From: a virus
DNA: 64,000 bases
Strand: one strand, 5' to 3'
IMG/VR virus record: IMGVR_UViG_3300009149_000019
Span: 1-64,000 of that record
Within the stretch, counting starts at the first letter, position 1; the number at the start of each line of letters is the position of its first letter. This document shows, one piece after another, positions 1 to 9,131 of the stretch. The notes below the pieces were generated by a model. That model saw only the letters and a program-made list of their open reading frames with translations. It ran no database searches and was not told the origin of the DNA. A program made the position numbers and the translations under genes.

Positions 1-2
1 AA

Positions 3-188
3 TTAGAAAGATTTTTTAGAAACATGTATGAGAACATAGGGAACGATTTTCCTGAACTGTCTATTAGGGATCAGCTTTCCCTGACAGTTGAGGCCTGCAA
101 TGCCATGGGTGGAGCAGACCCACGAGTCAGAATGCTCAGGAGAATATCTGAGCAAAAAGAAAAGAAAAATTCTAAGGAGGCAATATGA
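3..188 (+). CDS. hypothetical protein, 3' part only (runs off the window start)
   Basis: Open frame LERFFRNMYENIG...SKEAI*; its stop overlaps the ATG of the next gene (ATGA). Confidence 0.6.
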   Translation, partial: LERFFRNMYENIGNDFPELSIRDQLSLTVEACNAMGGADPRVRMLRRISEQKEKKNSKEAI

Positions 189-439
189 ACTGTTATGTAC
201 ACGACATTCTCATGTTCTCAGTAATTATCGGTGCTGAGATTGCGATCTATAAGGAAAAAGGATTCGAGGCGGCAAGGCTCGCAGATGCGGTACTTGAGAC
301 TGCTGCAGTGATAAAGGCACGCACACCCATAGGGAAGTTCATTGCTGCAACTTTTCTTGGAATAACCGTAGCCACCTTTCATCCGGACATAGAGCCGGGA
401 GTAAAGAAGGCGCTTGACGAGATAGTGTCAGGTTTTTAA
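185..439 (+). CDS. hypothetical protein
   Basis: AAGGAGG SD; ATGA coupling to the upstream ORF. Confidence 0.7.
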   Translation: MNCYVHDILMFSVIIGAEIAIYKEKGFEAARLADAVLETAAVIKARTPIGKFIAATFLGITVATFHPDIEPGVKKALDEIVSGF

Positions 440-502
440 GAGAGGGTAACAAAGGCTGGAGAGGCTAGAGTTTTATATTATCCAGCTTATAAGGGGGACG
501 GC

Positions 503-901
503 ATGAATATAAAAAAAGAAAAGTTAAACGGAAGGGAAGTTGTGGTCATGGAACATATGGGAGTCATATACATGAACGTGACAGACCATGATTTCTCTTT
601 AATGGACAAGAACGGAGATATAGTAGAGCTTCCACCAAGTACATTACTTGTCCATGTGTCACTATTTCATGAAGTAGTGGCAACAGACGGCGATATTGAG
701 CTTCTGCGTGAGACCCACCAGGGAGAAGAGTCTATTGAAGACATACTGACTCTTGCTCGAGGAAAGGGATGGTACACGATCGGATCGATTATCGCAAAGA
801 GAGCATATCCTGGTCTTATATTTACGGGCAAAATTGCCCCAGGGTATGAAGCAGTTCCGCCAGCTAAGAGGGTTCAGCTGGCATACAGGCTCATCAAATA
901 A
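503..901 (+). CDS. hypothetical protein
   Basis: 132-aa ORF, AAGGGGG SD. Confidence 0.7.
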   Translation: MNIKKEKLNGREVVVMEHMGVIYMNVTDHDFSLMDKNGDIVELPPSTLLVHVSLFHEVVATDGDIELLRETHQGEESIEDILTLARGKGWYTIGSIIAKRAYPGLIFTGKIAPGYEAVPPAKRVQLAYRLIK

Positions 902-929
902 CTGTTTTCAAGGTAAGGAGGATTAACCT

Positions 930-1616
930 ATGAAGATCAAAATTAATTATTCATCAAATGCTAACATGCACGTAAAAAACCTCTCCATTTTTCTGGGGAG
1001 CACAAGAGTGTATACGTCAACCATTGAGAGAGCGAAAAGGCATGCTCTCCCAATGACTAATAGTAAGGCTCTTTTGACGTTGGACCCAGAAGACGTATTG
1101 AGCCTTATCTCCAGGAGACTGGAGATTGTTATCCCACGGCCATATAGGGAAACAACTATTGAACTTCCATTGAAGGAGAAGCACCAGCCAATGATGGCAG
1201 CCTTCTTCGGATATAAGTCTACACGGGAGAAGTTGAATAATTTATTCTTCTCCAATGACAGAAATGTCAGGCGTCCACTCACAAAGAGTGAGATTGCCTC
1301 CATGGAGAAACTCCGAGAGATCGGAGAGAACGAGGACAGGACAACTCAGTGGGTAAAGTCTTCGAAGATCGTTTATGCGATCTTTGGTGGATGCACCATT
1401 CAGTGCCGTGTTCTGGTTGATGACCAGATTGCAGCTCTTGAAGCGGTTGGTGGAGACTATCCCGTATTTATAATAAGCAGCCGTGACCTTCAGGGTGCAC
1501 GGACTGTTGATTTGGATGTGATTCCCAGGAAAAAGTTCAGGCGGAACAATCCTGGTAAGATGGCATTTGTGAAGACAATGGCTAACAAGACTCCTCCTGG
1601 AAACAGGAGGAGCTAA
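930..1616 (+). CDS. hypothetical protein
   Basis: 228-aa ORF, TAAGGAGG SD. Confidence 0.75.
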   Translation: MKIKINYSSNANMHVKNLSIFLGSTRVYTSTIERAKRHALPMTNSKALLTLDPEDVLSLISRRLEIVIPRPYRETTIELPLKEKHQPMMAAFFGYKSTREKLNNLFFSNDRNVRRPLTKSEIASMEKLREIGENEDRTTQWVKSSKIVYAIFGGCTIQCRVLVDDQIAALEAVGGDYPVFIISSRDLQGARTVDLDVIPRKKFRRNNPGKMAFVKTMANKTPPGNRRS

Positions 1617-1631
1617 TGAGGGGTATTCGGA

Positions 1632-1889
1632 ATGGAAGGTATCAGCGACAAAAGGAAGAGCGCTGCTGTACGACACCAGGTAGGCGATGCCTGGATTTTG
1701 GCTACTGTTTGGAGGTCATATGAGGATAGACCCGTGGTTATTACTAATGTAGCCGGTGTGTCAAACTCAGATCTAATTTTAAACGCTGATATACATTTGG
1801 TAAGAGGGCGGATGGCCCTCATCTTATTGCGCTGGAAGGGTTTCCAACGCAAATTTCCTTCTTTAGTTTTACCTATTTTACATAATTAG
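1632..1889 (+). CDS. hypothetical protein
   Basis: 85-aa ORF filling the gap, GAGGGG SD. Confidence 0.5.
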   Translation: MEGISDKRKSAAVRHQVGDAWILATVWRSYEDRPVVITNVAGVSNSDLILNADIHLVRGRMALILLRWKGFQRKFPSLVLPILHN

Positions 1890-1902
1890 GTAGGGAGGGG
1901 TC

Positions 1903-2421
1903 ATGAGAAAAGAATGGATCGATCCGGTAAAACGGCCTGTAATGGACAGGGCATATATAATAAAAATGGTTCAGTGCCAGCAGACAAACTGGCAACTTAT
2001 GCCCGGTCGGGGTGGTACCAGGTACTATCTGGAGAACGATTCAGTTCACTCCATGAAACTATGGAGATTCACCAACATTTGCTGTAAAGCCAATGGTGTG
2101 CAAAGGCGCATTGGTAATAAAGAGCTTGGTTACGAACCAAGAGGGGTTCCTGGATTCCACTTCAGGCAAGTGCTGTTGGGGGATTACGTGATTCAGTTGA
2201 ATTTGATCGAAGATGGTATCTATACTATTGATATTTCTGAGATCATTAATTTTGAGTCAGACACCCAAAGCTGTAACATAAAGCTGAGGGCCAGGAACCT
2301 TAATGGTAAGTGGATACGTGGTGAAGAACGGATAGCACCTTTTAAGAAACTCTTGGAAAAGATAATTTATCCAAGGATTAACATGGTCTATAAGGCTAAG
2401 GAGGCACGAAGCATATGGTAG
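1903..2421 (+). CDS. hypothetical protein
   Basis: 172-aa ORF, GGAGGGG SD. Confidence 0.7.
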   Translation: MRKEWIDPVKRPVMDRAYIIKMVQCQQTNWQLMPGRGGTRYYLENDSVHSMKLWRFTNICCKANGVQRRIGNKELGYEPRGVPGFHFRQVLLGDYVIQLNLIEDGIYTIDISEIINFESDTQSCNIKLRARNLNGKWIRGEERIAPFKKLLEKIIYPRINMVYKAKEARSIW

Positions 2422-3935
2422 ACATCTCTTTTAATGATTTTATCGCGTGTGGGTCACCCATTATATGGATACCCACCCATGAGGACACACGGTGTGTCAG
2501 AGAGCTAGTGGATGCTCTTTCAGCAATACAGTATGATAAGAACACGTACGACATATTTCAGTGGGATTGTGTAAAGGGGGTTTATGACGAGGCAGGTAAG
2601 TCTCTAGGTGTACAGAACGGGGATGACCCCCTTTCCCCCATTACACATCTTGAGAAGATGGCTGTAGGGAAGCCTGCAATCATGTTTGCAAAGGACTTCC
2701 ACCACTACATTGAGAATCCTCAGATAATAAGGGCTCTCAAGAATGCAATATCTTTCTTTGAGACCTCTGATAAGCATTTTGTCATCTTAAGCCCGATGCT
2801 TAAGATACCTCCAGAAATGGAGAAGGACATAGTGGTGTGTGACTTTGATCTTCCAGGAACGGATATCATTGAAAAGATCGCAGTCACAATTGCTACTAAG
2901 AACAAAATGAAGTTAGGAAAGAAGGGGATAACGGAGGAGGACAGACAGGTGTTTCGAGCTGCCAAAGGGATGACTTGCCAAGAGGCTAAATGTGCCATCA
3001 GCCTTTCTTTGGTTAAGCACGGGGCATTTGACAGAGAAACTGTTGAGTCCATTAAACTCCAGCTTGTTAAGAAGACAGGATTAATGGATATTTACCCATC
3101 TGTTAACATTGAGGAGCTTGGGGGTTTACCTCAGTTGAAAAAGTATATTAATGCCAGGAAGGCTGGGTTTTCAAATCCAGACTTACCAATGCCTAGGGGA
3201 ATATTGATGGCAGGGCTACCAGGTGCAGGTAAATCTTTGGCATGTAAGGCCATTGCATCTGAGTTTGCTCTAACTCTCCTAAGACTTGACATTGGAAGTC
3301 TTAAGGCATTCCTGGTTGGGGAGTCTGAGCGGAAGATGAGAGACGCCCTCCGAATCATTGACATCCTTGCTCCGTGTGTGCTATGGTTGGACGAGATAGA
3401 GAAGGCCATAGGAGGAGCAAAGAGCTCCAACCGAACAGATGGTGGAACGACGTCTGCCATGTTTGGTCAGCTCCTGACATGGATGCAGGAGAAAGGGAAG
3501 GGTGTATACATTGTAGCTACATGCAATGACATAGGGGAGCTGCTGACTCTGAGTCAAGGGGCGCTGCTCAGGCGTTTCGATGACATATTCTTTGTAGATC
3601 TCCCAACCCCTAATGAGAGGCTTGAGATTGCAGAAATCATGAACAGACGATATAAGAGTAATATCACTGAAGAGATGGCACTTGCTTTGGAAGGATGGAC
3701 CGGTGCTGAGATTGAGAAACTGGCTAAAGCATCTCACTATGATGGGATGGAAGAGTCCATCAAGAAGATAAAGCCCGTGTTCCTTCAGAACAGGGAGCTG
3801 TTAGAGGCCGTTCGTGAATGGGCTGGAAACAATGCTCGCCGCGCAAATGAGGAGCTGGTCGATACTAACTCTTCGTCTGGTGGGGATCGAAAACTGAGAA
3901 CACTAATAAAGCCCCTGGAGTGTGGGGTTGCGTAG
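2415..3935 (+). CDS. Ycf46-like AAA+ ATPase
   Basis: Degenerate N-terminal AAA domain (FAKDFHHY), Walker A GLPGAGKS, VGESE, Walker B LWLDEIEK, LLRRFDDIFFVDLP. Confidence 0.9.
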   Translation: MVDISFNDFIACGSPIIWIPTHEDTRCVRELVDALSAIQYDKNTYDIFQWDCVKGVYDEAGKSLGVQNGDDPLSPITHLEKMAVGKPAIMFAKDFHHYIENPQIIRALKNAISFFETSDKHFVILSPMLKIPPEMEKDIVVCDFDLPGTDIIEKIAVTIATKNKMKLGKKGITEEDRQVFRAAKGMTCQEAKCAISLSLVKHGAFDRETVESIKLQLVKKTGLMDIYPSVNIEELGGLPQLKKYINARKAGFSNPDLPMPRGILMAGLPGAGKSLACKAIASEFALTLLRLDIGSLKAFLVGESERKMRDALRIIDILAPCVLWLDEIEKAIGGAKSSNRTDGGTTSAMFGQLLTWMQEKGKGVYIVATCNDIGELLTLSQGALLRRFDDIFFVDLPTPNERLEIAEIMNRRYKSNITEEMALALEGWTGAEIEKLAKASHYDGMEESIKKIKPVFLQNRELLEAVREWAGNNARRANEELVDTNSSSGGDRKLRTLIKPLECGVA

Positions 3936-3943
3936 GAGGTTAT

Positions 3944-4321
3944 GTGAGCCACTTAGTAAAAACAAAATCGTGCTTGAAAAGAAAGGACATAGTTATCCAG
4001 GCATGTGAAGAGCTTGGAATTGAAGTCCTTGACGGGAAGAAATTTACATTGGAGCAGTCATACGGAGTCTCTGCCAAAGGTATGGGTATAAGGATAGGCA
4101 AAGACACCTTTGTGTTGGCTGATGACGGAACTGTCCAACACAGTTCGTACGTAAGGTCTAAAAGACATAAAGGTCTTACTTCCTTAAAGATGAAGTATAA
4201 CACCATTGTCATGAAGGAAGAGCTTGCCAGGAGAACCAGGAAGGGCGGACTCAAGTATACAATGAGGGAAAAGAAGAACGAGAAAACCGGAAAAATGTAC
4301 GTCGAAATAGACGTAGAATAG
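3944..4321 (+). CDS. DUF1257 (Ycf35-like) protein
   Basis: GTG start after AGGAGG gives MSHLVKTKSCL...ACEELG, typical of DUF1257 N-termini; sits after a Ycf46-like AAA. Confidence 0.65.
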   Translation: MSHLVKTKSCLKRKDIVIQACEELGIEVLDGKKFTLEQSYGVSAKGMGIRIGKDTFVLADDGTVQHSSYVRSKRHKGLTSLKMKYNTIVMKEELARRTRKGGLKYTMREKKNEKTGKMYVEIDVE

Positions 4322-4332
4322 GAGGATCAGAC

Positions 4333-4530
4333 ATGGCGAAGATTATTATAGAGTTTGATGAGAACGGTGACATGACAGCTGATGCCCAGGGTTTCGAGGG
4401 GTCCTCCTGTGAAGAGGCCTTAGACTTCCTGAATGAGATCGGTGTTGTCTCAGAGAAAACCAAGAAAGCTGAATGGTACAAAAAGAACCTGAATAAGGTG
4501 GGGCAGGTAAAGGCGAAGCTTTGTGGATAG
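4333..4530 (+). CDS. DUF2997 family protein
   Basis: IIIEFDENGDM..AQGFEGSSCEEA..KKAEWY pattern; canonical AAA-DUF1257-DUF2997 order. Confidence 0.75.
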   Translation: MAKIIIEFDENGDMTADAQGFEGSSCEEALDFLNEIGVVSEKTKKAEWYKKNLNKVGQVKAKLCG

Positions 4531-5188
4531 CCTGGTACTTGATGTCAGGTGGGAGATAACCAAGAAAAAGCGTGGTAACCTCTGCCAACAGGTAAAGCTT
4601 TTCTTGGTGAGAAAGGATAGGTTATCAGAACAGATGACGGCAGCCTTGAAGTCATTTAGGTTTGATAGCAGCTATAAGTTACCATTTCCTATCTATACGG
4701 GTGTCACTTCCCTTAAGGATGGTCAGTACCTATCTGACCATTGTATGTGTTTTGATATCCTAAGAGTACGACTTAAAAGCAACTGGGCAGCTGTTAATGG
4801 TCAGCACTTAATACTGACAGGCTTGGACTGTAGCCATGACAACTGTAAACACAGCGGTAGGAGCTTTATACCGAGTAGAGACTGTGTAATGTGCTTACCA
4901 TGGTTCTCTGGTGTAAATCCAAAGGAGAACCTTAAGATGGAAGAAGTCTTTTCTAAAGTGAGAGAAGACATTATTGAGGAGTGGGGAATCTACATAGATA
5001 GTTTGGGATTGACAGAGTACGGTCATCTTGGTAGAATGCTTCGGCTGCCAAAAACAAGTACAGAGTCTAAAATAAGGATGCCTGCTTGTTACGGTGACGT
5101 TGATACTTTAGATGAGAACTGCCTTTCTTTATGCACTTTTTTCTATGCGTGCGCAGAAAGGGTTGAGAAGGCTCATCCTGAGCTTTAG
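4523..5188 (+). CDS. hypothetical Cys-rich protein
   Basis: 221-aa ORF with Cys clusters, including C-terminal PACYG-x8-C-x3-C-x5-C. Confidence 0.65.
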   Translation: MDSLVLDVRWEITKKKRGNLCQQVKLFLVRKDRLSEQMTAALKSFRFDSSYKLPFPIYTGVTSLKDGQYLSDHCMCFDILRVRLKSNWAAVNGQHLILTGLDCSHDNCKHSGRSFIPSRDCVMCLPWFSGVNPKENLKMEEVFSKVREDIIEEWGIYIDSLGLTEYGHLGRMLRLPKTSTESKIRMPACYGDVDTLDENCLSLCTFFYACAERVEKAHPEL

Positions 5189-5199
5189 TTAGTTCGAGA

Positions 5200-5600
5200 C
5201 TCAGTCGGGTGGGTCTATAAAAAAAGCCGATCCCGACTATTGTGTGAGAAGGGAACCCTCTATGACTGTGGTCTGACTCGCGATAAGACTGCAGTAGCAT
5301 GATCATAGGTGGGGAGCACAGCTAAAACTAGTAAACACCTTCCTTTATTTCTTTCCCCGTCATGCTGGATAAGGGAGTATGTCTGCCCCAGCCCTAGCAG
5401 TCCTTTGGGGTGAATACATACCTTCTGAGGAGGAATGTGAGGAAGTAGGGTATGTGATGTGCCTATGCTGCACACGCTGAGACTGTTAACAGAGCTTAAA
5501 CATGGAGGGTCAGTCACGGGTCATGTGCCTTTAGAGATTAGGCACAAGCTGAGCTGGAGTGAGCCAGTTGACGGTGACCACCCTCCGTGTAAGGGCTCAC
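5200..5600 (+). ncRNA. candidate large structured non-coding RNA of unknown class
   Basis: ~420-nt gap between the stop at 5188 and the SD-led ATG at 5615, containing many complementary helices with G-U pairs. Confidence 0.55.
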
Positions 5601-5614
5601 TAAAGGAGGAAATT

Positions 5615-5977
5615 ATGATACAGGATGAGATAGCACGTATATTACAAGGAGAGGAGGACGAAGTGGACTGGATCATGTTAGACGAATCCAGAGGTTTTGT
5701 TGTGGACTCAAGAATGACAAATGATGGAACTGTTTATGCAGTTGCCCATTTTAAGATAGGAAGTGAGCAGCTTCATAACATCAGGCTTAAGTCAGTCCCT
5801 ACTAGCAAAGATTTTGATATTGAGGCTAGAGGAGAAGCTGCTACCCTTCTAATGTTTCACTGGAGGACTGGCCTTGAGATTGATAACGTGAAGGCTGGTA
5901 GAGAGGACGAGGAGATGAGAGCTCTTTACTTACAGAAAGTAAAGGAAGTCCTCATCACGAAAACGTATAAAAATTAA
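5615..5977 (+). CDS. hypothetical protein
   Basis: Start reassigned from 5459 to the in-frame ATG at 5615 after AAGGAGG. Confidence 0.75.
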   Translation: MIQDEIARILQGEEDEVDWIMLDESRGFVVDSRMTNDGTVYAVAHFKIGSEQLHNIRLKSVPTSKDFDIEARGEAATLLMFHWRTGLEIDNVKAGREDEEMRALYLQKVKEVLITKTYKN

Positions 5978-5988
5978 GGAGGTATCTA

Positions 5989-6561
5989 ATGGAAGATGGG
6001 GCAAGAATATTGACGTATAGAGCTTTCCTTGTGTTTTGTATACCCATGAGTTTTATTATGAAAACCGGAGGGGAGCAGGGAAACCCTGACTTAGTGTTGT
6101 GTGCTACTAGCCTGCTGATTACTGCAGCCCTTCTTACATTATATGATATTCGGAATATGTACACATTCCGAGATCATACATTGAATGTACTTAGCACGTA
6201 CATCTCAATTCTCGATAGAAAGATATTTTTCGGAATATCTGGATTCTCTCGGGAAGAGGCAATCAATACAGGGGCTGCCTTAGTCAAGCAAGAAGAAAGG
6301 TTTTGCCAGGATTTACTAATTCCTGGATATGTATCCATACTAGCGGTACACCTATTCTTCTATAACCTCTTTAGGGGTGAGCCTATTGTAGTTATGGGGG
6401 TCTTAGCAATAGCGAGCACTTATTACTCATTCTATTATGTGGGTAACAAAGTTGTTCCATCGAGGCGTGCAACCTTAACGCTAGTAGCCACTATAGCAGA
6501 CTTTATGAAAAAGAAACTGCCTATGTTAGCTGAAGAAGGAGGGGGACAGGACAGTGAGTAA
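5989..6561 (+). CDS. membrane protein, about 4 TM segments
   Basis: Hydrophobic segments; AAGGAGG SD. Confidence 0.7.
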   Translation: MEDGARILTYRAFLVFCIPMSFIMKTGGEQGNPDLVLCATSLLITAALLTLYDIRNMYTFRDHTLNVLSTYISILDRKIFFGISGFSREEAINTGAALVKQEERFCQDLLIPGYVSILAVHLFFYNLFRGEPIVVMGVLAIASTYYSFYYVGNKVVPSRRATLTLVATIADFMKKKLPMLAEEGGGQDSE

Positions 6562-6727
6562 GAAGAAGAAAGGTCCGGTAAAGGTTGATATCCTGAAGGC
6601 TATGAGGAAGAAGGCCAGGGATGAGATCGGATTGGTACCAGAAAAAATGATGGACCCTAAGAAAGGGTATAAAAGAAGAGGGAAGTATAAACAGAGATGG
6701 GAGGACCATAATGAGGATGATGATTAG
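6554..6727 (+). CDS. small basic protein with an ArfA-like motif
   Basis: Not in the ORF track; GTG start, 57 aa MSKKKKGPVKVDILKAMRKK...DPKKGYKRRGKYKQRWEDHNEDDD. Confidence 0.5.
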   Translation: MSKKKKGPVKVDILKAMRKKARDEIGLVPEKMMDPKKGYKRRGKYKQRWEDHNEDDD

Positions 6728-6824
6728 AGTAGTTATGTTCATTGTTTCAGTATCGGCTATTCTCGGACTCATACAGAGTCTTAATAAGAAGAGAAACGAA
6801 AAGAGATATGGAGAGTTGTATTAA
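6711..6824 (+). CDS. small single-TM protein
   Basis: 37 aa MRMMIRVVMFIVSVSAILGLIQSLNKKRNEKRYGELY after GGAGG. Confidence 0.5.
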   Translation: MRMMIRVVMFIVSVSAILGLIQSLNKKRNEKRYGELY

Positions 6825-6835
6825 AGGAGGAGAGT

Positions 6836-7201
6836 ATGACCATCATTGATTATGCTAAAAGTGGTGATTTTAACCAGATTAGAAATGCCTGTAGAAGAGG
6901 CGATGACGTAGAACTTCAGGATGCCCAGGGAAAAACAGCCCTAATGTATGTTTCTGGAAATGGAGACATGCGATCTGTAAAGCTGTTAGTATGCCAGGGT
7001 GCAGACGCGAACGCTGTAGACGAGCAAGGATGGACGGCCTTGTTTTACGCAGCTGCTGGTGGCCATATGGAAGCTGTTAAGTTCCTGATGAACAATGGAG
7101 CAGACACCACGGCCACATCAAAGAAACGAAAGGGATGGACTGCTGCATCCTTCGCTTCTTACCATGGCCACAAAGAGGTGGCGCAGTTTATAAAAAAGTA
7201 G
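6836..7201 (+). CDS. ankyrin repeat protein
   Basis: GKTALMY, GADANAVDEQGWTALFYAAAGGH, GWTAASFASYHGH. Confidence 0.95.
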   Translation: MTIIDYAKSGDFNQIRNACRRGDDVELQDAQGKTALMYVSGNGDMRSVKLLVCQGADANAVDEQGWTALFYAAAGGHMEAVKFLMNNGADTTATSKKRKGWTAASFASYHGHKEVAQFIKK

Positions 7202-7212
7202 GGGTAACGAGT

Positions 7213-7878
7213 ATGGAATTACTTAGAAAAATAAATAAAATTAAGGACCGTCTGGACCTTATATCGCAGCGGATTGAGGGTGGTGAGGTTACTGCTCCTT
7301 CTGCAGTAAGGAAACTGGATGAGGCAGCCTCAGTTTTTGATGAATTTCTGCTTGAGGCACATTCTTTTCTATTTGTACAGGACGCACTTGTGCCTTCAGG
7401 GATAGAAATTGATCCATCGTTTACTGGGGTGTCACTGTTTACTGATTTGTTACAAGATCCCGGATACCCATTTATAGAACTTGTAGAAAGTGAGGAACGA
7501 GTAGCACACTTTCGTGTTGGGATTGTAAAGATGGTCACATCCTCTTCTCATGAGCAGCATATACTGGCAGCAGCTACCATGAAAAAGATAGTTGGGGGTG
7601 GGGTTAGTTTTCGTAAGAGTAGCGACATATTTAATAAACTTTCTCCTGGAAATGAGTGGGTACTTACTCTTTTCAGAGTAGAACACAGTCGAGTTAAAAC
7701 TCTTGTAGCAGAGTTTATCCTTGATAACATCCATAAGGAAGGTGGGTTGCGTACAGACTCTCTTATAAAGAGTATTCATGAGGAGTTGGATGGTCCTAGT
7801 AGGACGGCTATATCAATTATCTTTAATGAGATCGAAGTCTCTTCCTGGATGGAATCTATCATTACTATGTTAAAGTAG
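7213..7878 (+). CDS. hypothetical protein
   Basis: Likely start at ATG 7213 (MELLRK) after AGGGG. Confidence 0.7.
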   Translation: MELLRKINKIKDRLDLISQRIEGGEVTAPSAVRKLDEAASVFDEFLLEAHSFLFVQDALVPSGIEIDPSFTGVSLFTDLLQDPGYPFIELVESEERVAHFRVGIVKMVTSSSHEQHILAAATMKKIVGGGVSFRKSSDIFNKLSPGNEWVLTLFRVEHSRVKTLVAEFILDNIHKEGGLRTDSLIKSIHEELDGPSRTAISIIFNEIEVSSWMESIITMLK

Positions 7879-7911
7879 TTTCTTCATCATCATGTACTTA
7901 GGAGGAATAGT

Positions 7912-8490
7912 ATGAAGTATAAATTTTATCTTTTAGTTGTTATTTTCTCTGTTTCCGTTTCATGTGGTGAGATAGAAAGTCTGATAGCGAGACACCTTAT
8001 GGGTGCTGTTGTACAGGCAGCCACTACAGATACTATAGATACAAAAGAAGAAGACACAGACATAGATACAGTTAAAGAAAAGGCTAGGGGTAAGGGTAAT
8101 AATACCAGACACTCTGGAAGTTCCAATTCAGGATTTAGCTTCTACATCGATAATAATGGAAATTCGTCCTTTTCTTTTGGAACACCAAGTCATAATAATA
8201 ATAATACTCCTCACCATAATCAGACCAGCATGTCCTACATCCAACGAAAATACGGTGTAGACGGGAAAATAGTTCCCCTTGTCTATGGTGGACGCAAGGT
8301 TGGAGAGGCACTGGTAACTGGAACACGTGGCACAGACCTTCCTAAGGTAGAGGCAGTAGTACTTAAGTATGAAGGGGACATCGTGTTGATAATCCCTATA
8401 AGTGAAATGGGATACAGAGTTAAAGATATCACAGTATTTGCTATGGAAAATTATAACAATAGTAACAGTTATAGGAAAGAAGGGTCATGA
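7912..8490 (+). CDS. exported protein or lipoprotein
   Basis: MKYK plus hydrophobic core plus SVSC lipobox-like site; Asn/Ser-rich linker. Confidence 0.6.
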   Translation: MKYKFYLLVVIFSVSVSCGEIESLIARHLMGAVVQAATTDTIDTKEEDTDIDTVKEKARGKGNNTRHSGSSNSGFSFYIDNNGNSSFSFGTPSHNNNNTPHHNQTSMSYIQRKYGVDGKIVPLVYGGRKVGEALVTGTRGTDLPKVEAVVLKYEGDIVLIIPISEMGYRVKDITVFAMENYNNSNSYRKEGS

Positions 8491-9131
8491 AAAAGAAAAA
8501 AAGAAAGAAAATAGAAAAGAAGAGGAGGCATACGGTTACTAATGCAGACTTTGCTAAGGCGTGTGCTAATAATAATGTTGCATTGGTAAAGAAGTATGTC
8601 GAATGTGGCTTTTTTGAAGCACGACGTAATGGTATAAAAGCCGGAGAGCTATTTAATGTGCCGGGGTTTTTTATAATCGTTGCGAATGGACACTATGAGT
8701 TGTTTGATTACCTCATAGAGTATCTTGACGAGTTCTGCTCTACGTATGATCGTAGGCCAATGTATCACCCATCTTGTCTGAAAGAAGCGTTTATACAGGC
8801 TCAGCCGCTAATGTTTAGGAGGATACTTGGTGGGTTGATTACATTTGAGAACAGGCTAAACGTCTTTAGTGGTAAAAGTAGACTTGAGGCGATTAGCCTA
8901 TATATAATGACCACCTTTCCAACGGGTAACAACACCACCACTGTGTACAACAGGGTACTTCGTCAACACCTTTTACTCTTGTTTACAAGAGCGGAGTTGG
9001 TAAGGATGACAATGGATCATGCTAGTACAGAGGCAATGGCTGTCTTGGTAGATTTACTAAAAGATAACCCACAGGAGGAGAATAGTGTCAACAGAAAAGA
9101 AGAAAAGAAAGCTGCTGTTTTCAGTGACTAA
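8487..9131 (+). CDS. degenerate ankyrin-like protein
   Basis: ACANNNVALVKKYVECG and ANGHYELFDYLIE resemble ankyrin helices. Confidence 0.55.
   Translation: MKKKKRKKIEKKRRHTVTNADFAKACANNNVALVKKYVECGFFEARRNGIKAGELFNVPGFFIIVANGHYELFDYLIEYLDEFCSTYDRRPMYHPSCLKEAFIQAQPLMFRRILGGLITFENRLNVFSGKSRLEAISLYIMTTFPTGNNTTTVYNRVLRQHLLLLFTRAELVRMTMDHASTEAMAVLVDLLKDNPQEENSVNRKEEKKAAVFSD

Noticed and set aside
5200-5600. Group I/II intron, tmRNA, RNase P or cobalamin riboswitch identity for the structured element
   Set aside because: Flanking genes have their own stop and start so no gene is interrupted; only fragmentary resemblance (GAGACTG, AAGGGAA) without the full consensus
5459-5614. N-terminal extension of ORF 5459-5977
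   Set aside because: The strong SD precedes ATG 5615, and the extension overlaps the base-paired RNA domain
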